From contig JAYGCN010000052.1 of NCBI GenBank assembly GCA_046583315.1, forward strand, positions 1-64,000: a DNA stretch of 64,000 nt, read 5' to 3'. Of this stretch, positions 39,419 to 48,761 are shown one piece after another. Numbering within the stretch: the first letter of the stretch is position 1; the number at the start of each line of letters is the position of its first letter. The notes below the pieces were generated by a model. The model was not told the origin of the DNA and did not search any database. It saw only the letters and a program-made list of their open reading frames with translations. The position numbers and the translations under genes are program-made. This stretch comes from Candidatus Hydrogenedentota bacterium. GTDB taxonomy: Bacteria > Hydrogenedentota > Hydrogenedentia > Hydrogenedentales > GCA-2746185.

Positions 39419-41086
39419 ATGAGACCGACCAAATTAAGCTCCAATGTATTTCTGGAATTGCCGCCCGTGTTGGCGCACTACACCGATTCCGAACGCAACA
39501 CCTGTATCGAAGGAATTCCAAAACGCGGACGACTGAGCATGCTGAATCGACCGGGCACGTTTCAGGAGATCGAGTCCCAAGCCATCGAGCGAAAGTATCT
39601 GCTTCAGATGCTCGGCCCGGAGCGACTACGGGCCATCAAATTTCAATCCGGTTTCGAAGTCGGACGCCGAGATGCGCTCCGGCATTATGAGATCCAGGGC
39701 GACAACGCGCGGCTGGCACTCCAGGCGGGGCTTGTTTATGGCCAGATACAGGGCAATTACGTGGCCCATGACATCAGATTCGAGTTTGATTTGGAAGCGG
39801 GGACGCTGTATCGCGAGGTAGAGCTGCACGCTTCGGCGGAATCGATGATGCACCGCATGATAGCACCGGACGATGAATCCTGCGTATGTTGGTATACGGC
39901 TGGGTATATATCGGGCCATATCAGCGAGCTCGTGGGACGCAAAGTACTGACCTTGGAGACCAATTGCATGGCTGAGGGCTCAGATACCTGCGGATTCGTG
40001 TCCAAATTCGACTCCGAGTGGGGGCCAGAAGCGGATTGGATGCGCGAAGCGATGGAACAGCCCACGGTGGAAGATGAATTGTCGCAGCGAGACGAACTGA
40101 TTGACACGGCGCAACAGGCCGCGCGCAAGGCTCAAGCATCGCTGGGAGGGATCAACCGTCGATTGCGCTCGGATCTTGCTGCGGATTCGCTGATCGCCGA
40201 ATCCAAAGAGATGTTGCCCACACTCCGGCGCATGCAGTTGTGCATGCAATCTCACGCGCCGGTTCTGATCGCTGGTGAATCGGGCGTTGGTAAAGAAAGT
40301 GTTGCGCGTTCGATTCATTTCGGTAGTGATCGCAAGAAACGTCCTTTTATAGAAATCGACTGCAAGGGAATACCCGACACCATCATCAAACAGGAGTTGA
40401 TTGGTTATGAAGCGGGTGCGATTACGGGGAGCATGCGCGCGCACAAGGGAGCGATTCAGAAAGCGACTGGCGGCACGTTGTATTTCAATGAGATTGCCGA
40501 CCTGAGTATGGAGCTTCAACGCTTGCTCCTGCAGATTCTGGAGACGGGTAAAGTACAGCCTATTGGCTCAGACTCAAATATTCGAGCCGATATTCGTATC
40601 ATGGCGGCGACCCAGACCGACATCGATAAAGCTGTCAAAAAGGGCACATTTCGGGAGGATTTATATTATGCGCTGGCCATCTCTCGAGTCGATATTCCGC
40701 CTTTGCGTAAACGGGCCACCGATATCCTGCGACTGTCCGAGGCCTTCCTCATTGAATTCAAAGAACGCCACAAATGTGAGCATGTGACCATGAGCGGGGA
40801 GTTTCGTGAGGCCATCATGGATTGCGCTTGGCCGGGCAATGTGCGCCAATTGCGCAATGTCATCGAGCACGCCGTGCTGATGTCTTCCACGGGAAGGCTC
40901 ACGCCCAAAGAGTTGCCTGAGGAAATTCTTGCGTCCCGATGGGTGCGCAAACCGGAGCATCTCACCGAAGAAGTTATTTTGGCCACGCTGAGCCGCACGC
41001 ACAATAACCGGAGCGAAGCAGCGGAATTATTGGGCATCGGGCGTACGACGCTGTGGCGCACAATGAAGAAACTGGGGATCGACTAG
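39419..41086 (+). CDS. XylR/DmpR-like regulator (XylR_N/V4R sensor, AAA+ domain, Fis-type HTH)
   Basis: CWYTAGY...ETNC...C V4R pattern; GESGVGKE; FREDLYY; WPGNVRQLRN; AAELLGIGRTTLWR. Confidence 0.88.
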   Translation: MRPTKLSSNVFLELPPVLAHYTDSERNTCIEGIPKRGRLSMLNRPGTFQEIESQAIERKYLLQMLGPERLRAIKFQSGFEVGRRDALRHYEIQGDNARLALQAGLVYGQIQGNYVAHDIRFEFDLEAGTLYREVELHASAESMMHRMIAPDDESCVCWYTAGYISGHISELVGRKVLTLETNCMAEGSDTCGFVSKFDSEWGPEADWMREAMEQPTVEDELSQRDELIDTAQQAARKAQASLGGINRRLRSDLAADSLIAESKEMLPTLRRMQLCMQSHAPVLIAGESGVGKESVARSIHFGSDRKKRPFIEIDCKGIPDTIIKQELIGYEAGAITGSMRAHKGAIQKATGGTLYFNEIADLSMELQRLLLQILETGKVQPIGSDSNIRADIRIMAATQTDIDKAVKKGTFREDLYYALAISRVDIPPLRKRATDILRLSEAFLIEFKERHKCEHVTMSGEFREAIMDCAWPGNVRQLRNVIEHAVLMSSTGRLTPKELPEEILASRWVRKPEHLTEEVILATLSRTHNNRSEAAELLGIGRTTLWRTMKKLGID

Positions 41087-41090
41087 GCGA

Positions 41091-41819
41091 ATGAACCTTC
41101 TGCGAAGACCGATGGGTGCTCTGGCAGTCTGCCTAATTACAATCACTCTGTCCACATCCGCCCAAACGGAAGATGGACGCAAGCTGTTGCGTATGGCGAG
41201 CAAACTGGCTGGCGAGGGGAAGTATCCCGGTGCGCTGAGGATATTCGAGCAGGTGCGTCGTGATCATCCCGATAGCATCGTACCCCTGGACGGTGATATG
41301 TTCGCGACCTTGTACGGCATCCAGGGGGATACGGCGGGTCATCTCGAACACAGCAAGTGGATGTTGAAACGATTTCCAAATCCGAAGCGCGTGGAAAATG
41401 CTGAGCGCTGCGCCAAGGCGTGTATCTTGGCGCCGGGCATTGACGATCAAGAGTTGCTAAGGCACGCGGCACGATTGACGCGTTATGCGGCGACCGAGGG
41501 GAAAGGGGAGTTCGCGCCGTGGTTTCATGTCGCGCATGGCATGGCGGAATATCGGTTGAAGAATTATGAAGAAGCCGTGCGCTGGCTTGAGGATGCCATC
41601 GACAACGAAGAAATAATGATACGCAGTTTGGCGCTGGCGTATCACACATTGGCATTGCACGGTCTGGATAAACCTTTACAGGCCACGGAGTCTCTGGAGC
41701 GAGCCAGAGCGATCGATTATAAAATGCCGAAAGTCGGATCACGCGAATTCGCCCGTGAGTGGTCCAATATTCTCGCGTTCCAGATAGGATTGCGCGAAGC
41801 CGAGGCGACCATTCGTTAA
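41091..41819 (+). CDS. Secreted TPR-like protein
   Basis: Signal peptide; helical repeats (HGMAEYRLKNYEEAVRWLE). Confidence 0.65.
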   Translation: MNLLRRPMGALAVCLITITLSTSAQTEDGRKLLRMASKLAGEGKYPGALRIFEQVRRDHPDSIVPLDGDMFATLYGIQGDTAGHLEHSKWMLKRFPNPKRVENAERCAKACILAPGIDDQELLRHAARLTRYAATEGKGEFAPWFHVAHGMAEYRLKNYEEAVRWLEDAIDNEEIMIRSLALAYHTLALHGLDKPLQATESLERARAIDYKMPKVGSREFAREWSNILAFQIGLREAEATIR

Positions 41820-41954
41820 GGTCGGCAAACTGAGTAATTCCATTATTTAGACAGTCCGTAGCACTATATGTAGTCGTGACGAATTCCCCTTTAATTTCGC
41901 TTTTCTGTTGGCTATAATTAAAGTCTAAGCCGAAATGGGGAAGTCGATTATTAT

Positions 41955-42860
41955 ATGCTTTGGCGTTTTGTACAAATCAGCGATCCCCATCTGGGCAGTG
42001 AAACCGATGGTCAATGGAACAACGGTTTCATCTGTAGCATGATGCCTGACGTGATGCGGTGCCTGCGTAAGGACCTCGCCACGATTAACCCGGATTTCAT
42101 TCTTGCCACGGGGGATATTTCCAGTCATCAAACGCGCGACGCCATGTTTGCCGCACGCGATCTGATGGATTCGCTGGGTTTTCCGTATTATCCGATGGGT
42201 GGGAATCATGATTTCGTGCTGGAAGATTCGCGGAAGTGGTTTCTGGAAGCGTTTCACAGTCATTTGCCGGTTCAGAATACCTATTACTCCTTCGATCACA
42301 ATGAAATCCACTTCGCCGTGTTGGATCCCTGGTGGAAATGGGCCGACGATACGCTGCATCAGGTGAGTGAACCCGAAGTGGCTGCGCATCAGGAGATCCA
42401 CCTGAAGGGTGCACGCTGGGAGTTGCCCCAGGAGCAACTCGATTGGCTTGAGCAAGATCTTTCGGAAAACGCGGACAAGATATGCCTCATTGCGAGCCAC
42501 TTTCCGGCCATCGATATTCCTGAACGTTTGAAGCGGCCGGGGCTGCGTAATTCGGGCGCGCTGCAAAATGGGGACGACATCATCGCGCTGATACGTCGTC
42601 ATCCTCAGGTGAAAGCGATATTCTCGGGGCATATGCACATGCACATTATTGAGCCTGACGAAGGCTTCACGCATGTGATTACCGGATCGCTGCCGGAATA
42701 CCCGACGGAGTATCGGGAGGTGTGTGTGTTTGAAGACCGCATTGAAATAAATACGGTAGGTCTCAGTGACCCCTCGTTTGCTACGCGCTCGCTGATTCCG
42801 GGCAAGGATTACACTTCCGGGCAGCCGGGTGATCGGAAAGCAGTAATCCCTTTTCGCTAG
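41955..42860 (+). CDS. Metallophosphoesterase (CpdA-like)
   Basis: QISDPH, ATGD, GNHD, SHFP, SGHMH. Confidence 0.9.
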   Translation: MLWRFVQISDPHLGSETDGQWNNGFICSMMPDVMRCLRKDLATINPDFILATGDISSHQTRDAMFAARDLMDSLGFPYYPMGGNHDFVLEDSRKWFLEAFHSHLPVQNTYYSFDHNEIHFAVLDPWWKWADDTLHQVSEPEVAAHQEIHLKGARWELPQEQLDWLEQDLSENADKICLIASHFPAIDIPERLKRPGLRNSGALQNGDDIIALIRRHPQVKAIFSGHMHMHIIEPDEGFTHVITGSLPEYPTEYREVCVFEDRIEINTVGLSDPSFATRSLIPGKDYTSGQPGDRKAVIPFR

Positions 42861-42872
42861 ACGGTGGTTGGG

Positions 42873-43337
42873 TTACTTAACCTTCATCACAACGATTAGA
42901 TCGCCGTCCGTCAATTTCAGTCCGCCCAAGTTCAGATGTTTTCCCGGAGCCATCACCAATACGGTGTCCAACGCTTTAACGGGATCCGAATCTTTCTTGG
43001 ACTGCATGAGTATCTGCGTTTTCAGTCGGATTCGACCTTGATCGTCAATCGACGTGGGTTCGACCACGAGAGAATAGCGCTGGTTAATGTAGAAGGTCGT
43101 TTTTTCGCCGAAGGGAATGACGGCGTTGGACGAACCAATCTTTTCGAAGGTGTCGTAACTGAGCGAGGCGATTGCCGACTTTACTTTTTCGAGGCCTTTA
43201 CTGAAGGTCTTGTGCGGGGTACCCTTGTTTGATGCCTGTACAGACACAACGGTGATCTCGACGGGTGCCGGATCGGTCATCGCGTAGGACAGGCCGCTCA
43301 GCCAAAGGAGCGCCGTTATAAAAGCAAGATGCCTCAC
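42873..43337 (-). CDS. Secreted hypothetical protein in the ECF operon
   Basis: Signal peptide; start codon overlaps the anti-sigma stop. Confidence 0.7.
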   Translation of the reverse strand: MRHLAFITALLWLSGLSYAMTDPAPVEITVVSVQASNKGTPHKTFSKGLEKVKSAIASLSYDTFEKIGSSNAVIPFGEKTTFYINQRYSLVVEPTSIDDQGRIRLKTQILMQSKKDSDPVKALDTVLVMAPGKHLNLGGLKLTDGDLIVVMKVK

Positions 43338-43831
43338 TACAGCTCTCCATCCTCAGGTGCATTCAGCCAAATTGTTGGCGTACCACTGTCAGGTGCATTC
43401 AGCCAAATTGTTGGCGTACCACTGTCGGTGTAGAGCAATTCTGCCGACGCACCATCAATGTCCGTTGAGTAGGTTTCAACAATCGTGTCCGCCGCAACGG
43501 GAGCGGGGCCTTCGGAGGTAATGGTCATCATGGACACGGCCACAATGACGGCTGCCGCTGAAACGGATGCCATGGCCCATAATCCGGCGTGGCGACGTTT
43601 GGGCGCATGTACCCCCTCAGAGATTCCCGCGAGAAAAGCCGGCATCTGTGCATCGTCGATGGTGGGTGTTTCAGGAAGTGCTTCGAGCGATGCACGGCAG
43701 GTCTTCATAAAAGTGAGATGTTTCTGACAGGTTGTGCAGTGTTCAATATGCGATTCGAGTTGTGGGTCATTCGGCTGTTCCCCGTCGAACCAGCGTTCCA
43801 CATCGTTTTCGTGTGTACATGTCGATTTCAT
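43337..43831 (-). CDS. Zinc-binding (ZAS, HxxxCxxC) membrane anti-sigma factor
   Basis: HIEHCTTC, one TM helix, directly after the sigma gene. Confidence 0.8.
   Translation of the reverse strand: MKSTCTHENDVERWFDGEQPNDPQLESHIEHCTTCQKHLTFMKTCRASLEALPETPTIDDAQMPAFLAGISEGVHAPKRRHAGLWAMASVSAAAVIVAVSMMTITSEGPAPVAADTIVETYSTDIDGASAELLYTDSGTPTIWLNAPDSGTPTIWLNAPEDGEL
43353..43426. repeat. Perfect 36-bp tandem duplication
   Basis: TCAGGTGCATTCAGCCAAATTGTTGGCGTACCACTG x2, encoding DSGTPTIWLNAP twice. Confidence 0.95.
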
Positions 43832-44476
43832 TTATCGATCCTCCATGACGCCCATGTCGAGCAGCGTCTGTTGCAGTTTCTTCCTAGCATGGTGCAAGCG
43901 ACTCATCACCGTGCCCAAACTGCATTTCATGACTTCCGCCATGTTTTCATACGATAACCCTTCTAGTTCCCGTAATACAAAAGCCGTTTTATGTTTATCC
44001 GAAAGTGTGTCCAGCGCCTGCGTAATGCGCTGGCCGAGTTCGGATGATGCCATCGATTCATCCGGGCGAGCCGCAACACTTTCAAAGCGCGCCTCGGGCA
44101 TCGAGTCATCGAGTGATATCGTCTTCAATTTTCGTTTTTTGAAAAAGTCTTTACAGCGATTCGCCGTGATGCGCAAGATCCAGGTCTTGAAACTTGAGTC
44201 GCCACGAAACGAGCCTATTGCCCGGTGTGCTTTGATGAACACTTCCTGCGAAATATCCCAGGCGTCTTCACGATTGCGCACGTAGTGATAGGCCAATCCA
44301 TAGACATCGTTGCGATACCGTCGAACCAATTCTTCAAATGCGGCGTAATCACCCGTCCGGGCATCTCCGGTGAGCGTTTGATCATCGGCTTCGCGCAACT
44401 CGGCGTACGATTTGGAATCTTTCGATTCGACCATAAAATCATCCATCAACAGGCTGAGTTCAACGGCTTCGCTCAC
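43832..44476 (-). CDS. ECF sigma factor (RpoE-like)
   Basis: DISQEVFIKA, FKTWILRIT, EGLSYENMAEVMKCSLGTVMSRLHHAR. Start uncertain: GTG 44476 has a GGAG RBS; ATG 44446 or 44434 are alternatives. Confidence 0.9.
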   Translation of the reverse strand: MSEAVELSLLMDDFMVESKDSKSYAELREADDQTLTGDARTGDYAAFEELVRRYRNDVYGLAYHYVRNREDAWDISQEVFIKAHRAIGSFRGDSSFKTWILRITANRCKDFFKKRKLKTISLDDSMPEARFESVAARPDESMASSELGQRITQALDTLSDKHKTAFVLRELEGLSYENMAEVMKCSLGTVMSRLHHARKKLQQTLLDMGVMEDR

Positions 44477-44509
44477 ATCTTCGCTCCCGGGTTGTTGATT
44501 ACACCCAAC

Positions 44510-44536
44510 TAGACGCAAACCGTTGAGGGATATTCA
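44510..44536 (-). promoter_or_regulatory. Putative ECF autoregulatory promoter
   Basis: Minus strand TGAAT-N16-CGTCTA, ECF-style -35/-10. Confidence 0.45.
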
Positions 44537-44682
44537 CTTCCAGCCTTCTATTTATAAGTAAAAATTGCCCATCCGTTATAATATACTGATAATAAAGGGC
44601 TTAGCTTGCTGTAGTCAAGTGATTTTCTTGCATGCTTATACTCAAAATCGGTACCCTGTGTGTCCAAACGAGGAGGAAATAC

Positions 44683-45372
44683 ATGTCAACTACACCCGAA
44701 ATCGAAACCATGTCCCTGGACGAAGCCATCTATGCACGTCGCTCCGTTCGAGGTTATCTGGATAAACCTGTGCCGCAGGAAGTGCTCAACGAGGTATTCG
44801 CCCTGGCGCAACGTACTCCGTCCAATTGCAACATTCAGCCTTGGAAGGTATTTGTTGCCTCCGGGGAAGTCCGTGATCGGCTGCGCGAAAAAATGATTCA
44901 CAATGTGACCAACGGTATCGCGCCCAAAGCCGATGTACCGTATCCTGGCAAATTCGAGGGGGAATATCGTAAACGCCAAGTCGACTGCGCTTTCGAGATG
45001 TACGGTGAAATGGGCATTGCCCGCGAAGACAAAGAAGGCCGTATGCGCGCATCCCTTCGCAACTTTGAACTCTTCGATGCGCCGCACGTCGCTTTCATCG
45101 GCATGGAAAGCACTTTCGGGACAACCGTCGGTCTTGATGTCGGCATGTACATGCAGACCCTCATGCTCGCCATGGCCTCCCGCGGCATCGCCAGTTGTGC
45201 CCAGGGCAGCATGCGCTCCTACCCCGACCTCGTGCGCGAAGAATTCCCCGGCAACGATAACATCGACATCCTCGTCGGCATGTCCTTCGGCTACGAAGAC
45301 GCGGAAGTATTGGCCAACAACACCCGAATCGATCGCGACCCGATAGATGCGAGCGTGACGTTCAAGGGGTAG
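44683..45372 (+). CDS. Nitroreductase family protein
   Basis: RRSVRGY, TPSNCNIQPW, FDAPH, GMSFGY; AGGAGG RBS. Confidence 0.9.
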   Translation: MSTTPEIETMSLDEAIYARRSVRGYLDKPVPQEVLNEVFALAQRTPSNCNIQPWKVFVASGEVRDRLREKMIHNVTNGIAPKADVPYPGKFEGEYRKRQVDCAFEMYGEMGIAREDKEGRMRASLRNFELFDAPHVAFIGMESTFGTTVGLDVGMYMQTLMLAMASRGIASCAQGSMRSYPDLVREEFPGNDNIDILVGMSFGYEDAEVLANNTRIDRDPIDASVTFKG

Positions 45373-45405
45373 GGCAATACCTCAATCAAGGATGCAAAGC
45401 ATCCG

Positions 45406-45449
45406 CCGGTCTTTCTTTTCTTTCTTCCCAGAAAGAAAAGAAAGACCGG
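45406..45449. terminator. Perfect 20-bp-stem hairpin between convergent genes
   Basis: CCGGTCTTTCTTTTCTTTCT-TCCC-AGAAAGAAAAGAAAGACCGG. Confidence 0.7.
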
Positions 45450-45456
45450 TTTGCTC

Positions 45457-46434
45457 TTAGGAGTGGCGTATCAACACGAATTCTGCGCATTCGCGCATGG
45501 TGTCGACGTAGTGGGAGGGGGGGAGTGCTTCGAGGGCGGTGATGCCTGAGTTGACGTAGTCGCGGCACAAATTAACGACCTTGTCGGTCGCGCCGGTGGA
45601 CTGCATTTGGTCATGAATCCAGGTACGGTCGTCTTCGGTAAGGGCGTTGCCGAGCAGGGATTCGAGGCGCGCTTGGTCGGCATCATTCATGGCTGTTTTC
45701 ATCTCGATGATCGGCAGCGTTGTTTTGCCTTCAACGATGTCTCCGCAGGACGGTTTTCCGAGCGTTTCTTCGGTTTCCGTGAGGTCGATGACATCATCGA
45801 TGAGCTGGAATGCGGTGCCCATGCCCATGCCGTAGTCGTAGAGTGGCTTGCGATGGGTTTCATCGAGCAGCAGTGATGGCGTTGAGCAGGCTACGGCGAA
45901 CAGACTGGCCGTTTTCTTTTCGGAAAGTCGTATGCAATCTTCCGCGTTCAGATTTTCTTTGCCGCGACCGAAGTTGATGAGTTCGCCCTCGGCCATTTGG
46001 TGGATGGAATCGAGCGCACTGACGATGACCTGGCAATTGTCGTAGGCTGTCATGATGCTGAGCGCGCGCGCGACCAGATAGTCTCCGCCGAGTACAGCGG
46101 TATGGTTGTCCCACAGGCGATTGAGCGATGTTTCGCCGCGGCGCGTATCGGCGCTGTCCACCACATCATCGTGCGCGAGCGCGGCCAGGTGTAGCAATTC
46201 CATGCCGGCGGCCATTTCGGTGAAGTGATCAAGATTATCGGCACCGCATGCGCCGGCAGACAAGAAACACAGCGCGGGACGCATGAGTTTTCCGCCGAGC
46301 CGCGGCGGGGTCACTTCGGGTCCATAGACCAGTTGGAAGGCATCGGTCCATTCGCGTGTGACGGTTTCGCGGACGCGATCCAGCTGAGGATCGATGGATT
46401 CGAAGAGCAATTTGAGGGACAGTGTGGAAGACAT
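45457..46434 (-). CDS. ispB: Polyprenyl diphosphate synthase (IspB-like)
   Basis: GGKLMRP, HDDVVD..RRG, KTASLF, FQLIDDVID, EGKTTLP. Confidence 0.85.
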   Translation of the reverse strand: MSSTLSLKLLFESIDPQLDRVRETVTREWTDAFQLVYGPEVTPPRLGGKLMRPALCFLSAGACGADNLDHFTEMAAGMELLHLAALAHDDVVDSADTRRGETSLNRLWDNHTAVLGGDYLVARALSIMTAYDNCQVIVSALDSIHQMAEGELINFGRGKENLNAEDCIRLSEKKTASLFAVACSTPSLLLDETHRKPLYDYGMGMGTAFQLIDDVIDLTETEETLGKPSCGDIVEGKTTLPIIEMKTAMNDADQARLESLLGNALTEDDRTWIHDQMQSTGATDKVVNLCRDYVNSGITALEALPPSHYVDTMRECAEFVLIRHS

Positions 46435-46488
46435 CGGAGGATTATAGCATACGCCCGCGGGCCGAAAAAGGTCTCGTGTGTGGGGCGG

Positions 46489-48759
46489 CTACTCAGCTGT
46501 GGCGCGTACGAACTGTATTTCCAGCGGGATATTCGTGGCGGCGGAACGTGGAATCGTTATCGAAGCCACGCCATTGGAGAGCGTCCAGGGCGTATCTTGG
46601 GAGTCGATGGTGACGGACGAGACGTTGAGAACATCCGGGACGAGGATGTGAATGTTGTAGTCGTCGAGGGAAGGTGTGAGCGATCCGTGCAAGCGCATCG
46701 TGTCAGATTTCCAGCCTGTTTTAAGTTGGTCGGGCGTGCTGGATGCGATTGAACGTGACGTGCCGAGCAGCAAGGGGACTCCCCGGAATTCGCGTAGCAA
46801 CAGCGTGCGCACTTGTCCGGCGGATACGTTGATGTTGACCTGGTTGCTGGCGTTTCCATAATACCGCTGTTGATCGAGATCGAAGAGGGTGTATTTTGTA
46901 GCTCGGCGTTGCCGGGATTCCCCTAACGGCAGGGTCACAGTTCTGGTTTTGTCGCCGTGTACGTTTTGAATGCTCGCGAGCAGCCATTGGCCCGAAGTTT
47001 CTGTTCCACGCTTGAGCCAGATCGCTGGCGGATCGGCTAGAAAGAGGTCGCGTGGTTTGGCCGGATGCAACAAGGGGGGAAGGAATATCGATGTGCGGGT
47101 ATCGGCCTCCCATGCGGTGTCGAGCGTCTCAATAGTTTCTATCAAGTTTACGGCCATGATGCCCGCTTGGGGATAGGTCAATTCATTTTCGCCTGAACGA
47201 TTTAGGGTATATCGATGCCCCAGATGAGGCGCGTAGGAAAATTTGGAGAACTCGTTGTGACTTTCGAGATGGCCCGTGTAGGGGAAGGTTGGAAGGAGAT
47301 GGGAGGGATTGAGAATTATCGGAGTGGTCGGGGTTACTGAAGCTCTGAGCGTTGCCATTGCCATACGCGCGATTTCGATTTTGGTTAAATGGTCGCCGGA
47401 TTGGAACCCATATTCGTCGGTTTGGAGCTCACTATCCGTAAAGTTCCATACGAGGCTTCTTGTGTACAGATCGAGATCGATGCCCCATATTGAATCGAAA
47501 CCAATCGTTTTCTGACGTTCCTTCAATCGTTGCATTAGCCAACTACTCGCTATCAGGTTTGTGACATCCAGCAAGTCGTGTGAGATCGTCGAGGATGAGT
47601 ACATGGAGGTGGGTTCATGAACAAACCAGTCGGGATTCTGTTTTACTTCGTCCGATTGGATAGGAAACTCGAAGGGGTTGCCGAATAATCCGACTCGAAA
47701 CCCGTGCTGTCGAATAAGGCTGGCGTGGGTGGCGAGAGACCTATCGCTGACGGAATAGGGGTACTCCGGCGGTCGTCCAATGATAAAACGAATTTGTTCT
47801 GCGTGTGCGCCGCTCGACTCAATTCGTTCGATGGCATCCAACAGTACGGCGCGATATTCTTCGTCGGTCGGGTACTCATGCATGACCAGAATATTTCGTG
47901 CCGGAGTTTTCGTGTAAACGGGAATGCGGTTTGTGACCGCGATGGCTTTTGCGTATCGCTCCAGAGCGAGGAGCGGGTCGGATTCTGCGATGGCGAGATA
48001 GAGTATTTCGGATTCGAGGACTTCTCCCGGATTAACGGTGGCGGGCGGATCGTAGATGTTGGTCGCGCGCATATAGTTGAAATGGTTGGGTTCGTCGTCA
48101 AGCGACTGTATGTGTACTGTATTGAAGGCGCGTGCCTGCGTGGTAAACCCGGCGATCAGGGATTGGCCTGTGTGCGGGTTTAGCAAGGCCATCATGTTGG
48201 CGGCCTGTCCGTTCTGGGTGGCGAGCGCTCGTGAATCTTTTCCCATGCCATCGAGCAGCATGATAGAGTCCGCCGTGCCTGCGCCGAGAATTACGCTGCC
48301 CTTTCGTGGGTCGCCTATCGCCCAAGGGATCAATTGTTTGATGTGTACTGGTTTTTTGGAGTTGTTGATGTACGCGAGTTGCACAGCGAGGTAAGGTTTG
48401 GTGGGATAGGCTTGCAGTGTCCATTGGATGTCATTGAATCGAATCCGCATGCCCTGACCGCGTCCCAACGCGTCGTTCACTTCGAAACGTTGGGAATAGC
48501 GACCATCGAGACGTACCGCTTCCGGTTTTTTCTTGCCCGCGAACCAGACCATCGGGAAGGCATCAACAAAAATGGGTGCACCGGCAGAGGTGGTAATGTC
48601 CACCCGACCGTTTTTCTGGATGGATATGTGGTATTGGCCTGTGTTTAGTGAACGATATTCACGGCCGGGACCGAATACTTGCGCCGACACGATGCTCGTG
48701 CACAGCAGGAGTGCCAGCATCGCTATAGCGCACCGTTGATATCGATTTGCGGACAGCAT
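46489..48759 (-). CDS. Secreted protein, alpha-galactosidase (GH27/GH36)-like scaffold, catalytic motifs not evident
   Basis: Signal peptide; flanking segments recall GH36-like proteins (PGEVLESE, DPLLALERYA, PRDLF..PAIW). Family call from memory only. Confidence 0.45.
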   Translation of the reverse strand: MLSANRYQRCAIAMLALLLCTSIVSAQVFGPGREYRSLNTGQYHISIQKNGRVDITTSAGAPIFVDAFPMVWFAGKKKPEAVRLDGRYSQRFEVNDALGRGQGMRIRFNDIQWTLQAYPTKPYLAVQLAYINNSKKPVHIKQLIPWAIGDPRKGSVILGAGTADSIMLLDGMGKDSRALATQNGQAANMMALLNPHTGQSLIAGFTTQARAFNTVHIQSLDDEPNHFNYMRATNIYDPPATVNPGEVLESEILYLAIAESDPLLALERYAKAIAVTNRIPVYTKTPARNILVMHEYPTDEEYRAVLLDAIERIESSGAHAEQIRFIIGRPPEYPYSVSDRSLATHASLIRQHGFRVGLFGNPFEFPIQSDEVKQNPDWFVHEPTSMYSSSTISHDLLDVTNLIASSWLMQRLKERQKTIGFDSIWGIDLDLYTRSLVWNFTDSELQTDEYGFQSGDHLTKIEIARMAMATLRASVTPTTPIILNPSHLLPTFPYTGHLESHNEFSKFSYAPHLGHRYTLNRSGENELTYPQAGIMAVNLIETIETLDTAWEADTRTSIFLPPLLHPAKPRDLFLADPPAIWLKRGTETSGQWLLASIQNVHGDKTRTVTLPLGESRQRRATKYTLFDLDQQRYYGNASNQVNINVSAGQVRTLLLREFRGVPLLLGTSRSIASSTPDQLKTGWKSDTMRLHGSLTPSLDDYNIHILVPDVLNVSSVTIDSQDTPWTLSNGVASITIPRSAATNIPLEIQFVRATAE

Positions 48760-48761
48760 AA

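Noticed and set aside
43715..43750. Heme-binding motif in the anti-sigma factor
   Set aside because: The sequence is HxxxCxxCQKH, a ZAS zinc motif, not CxxCH.
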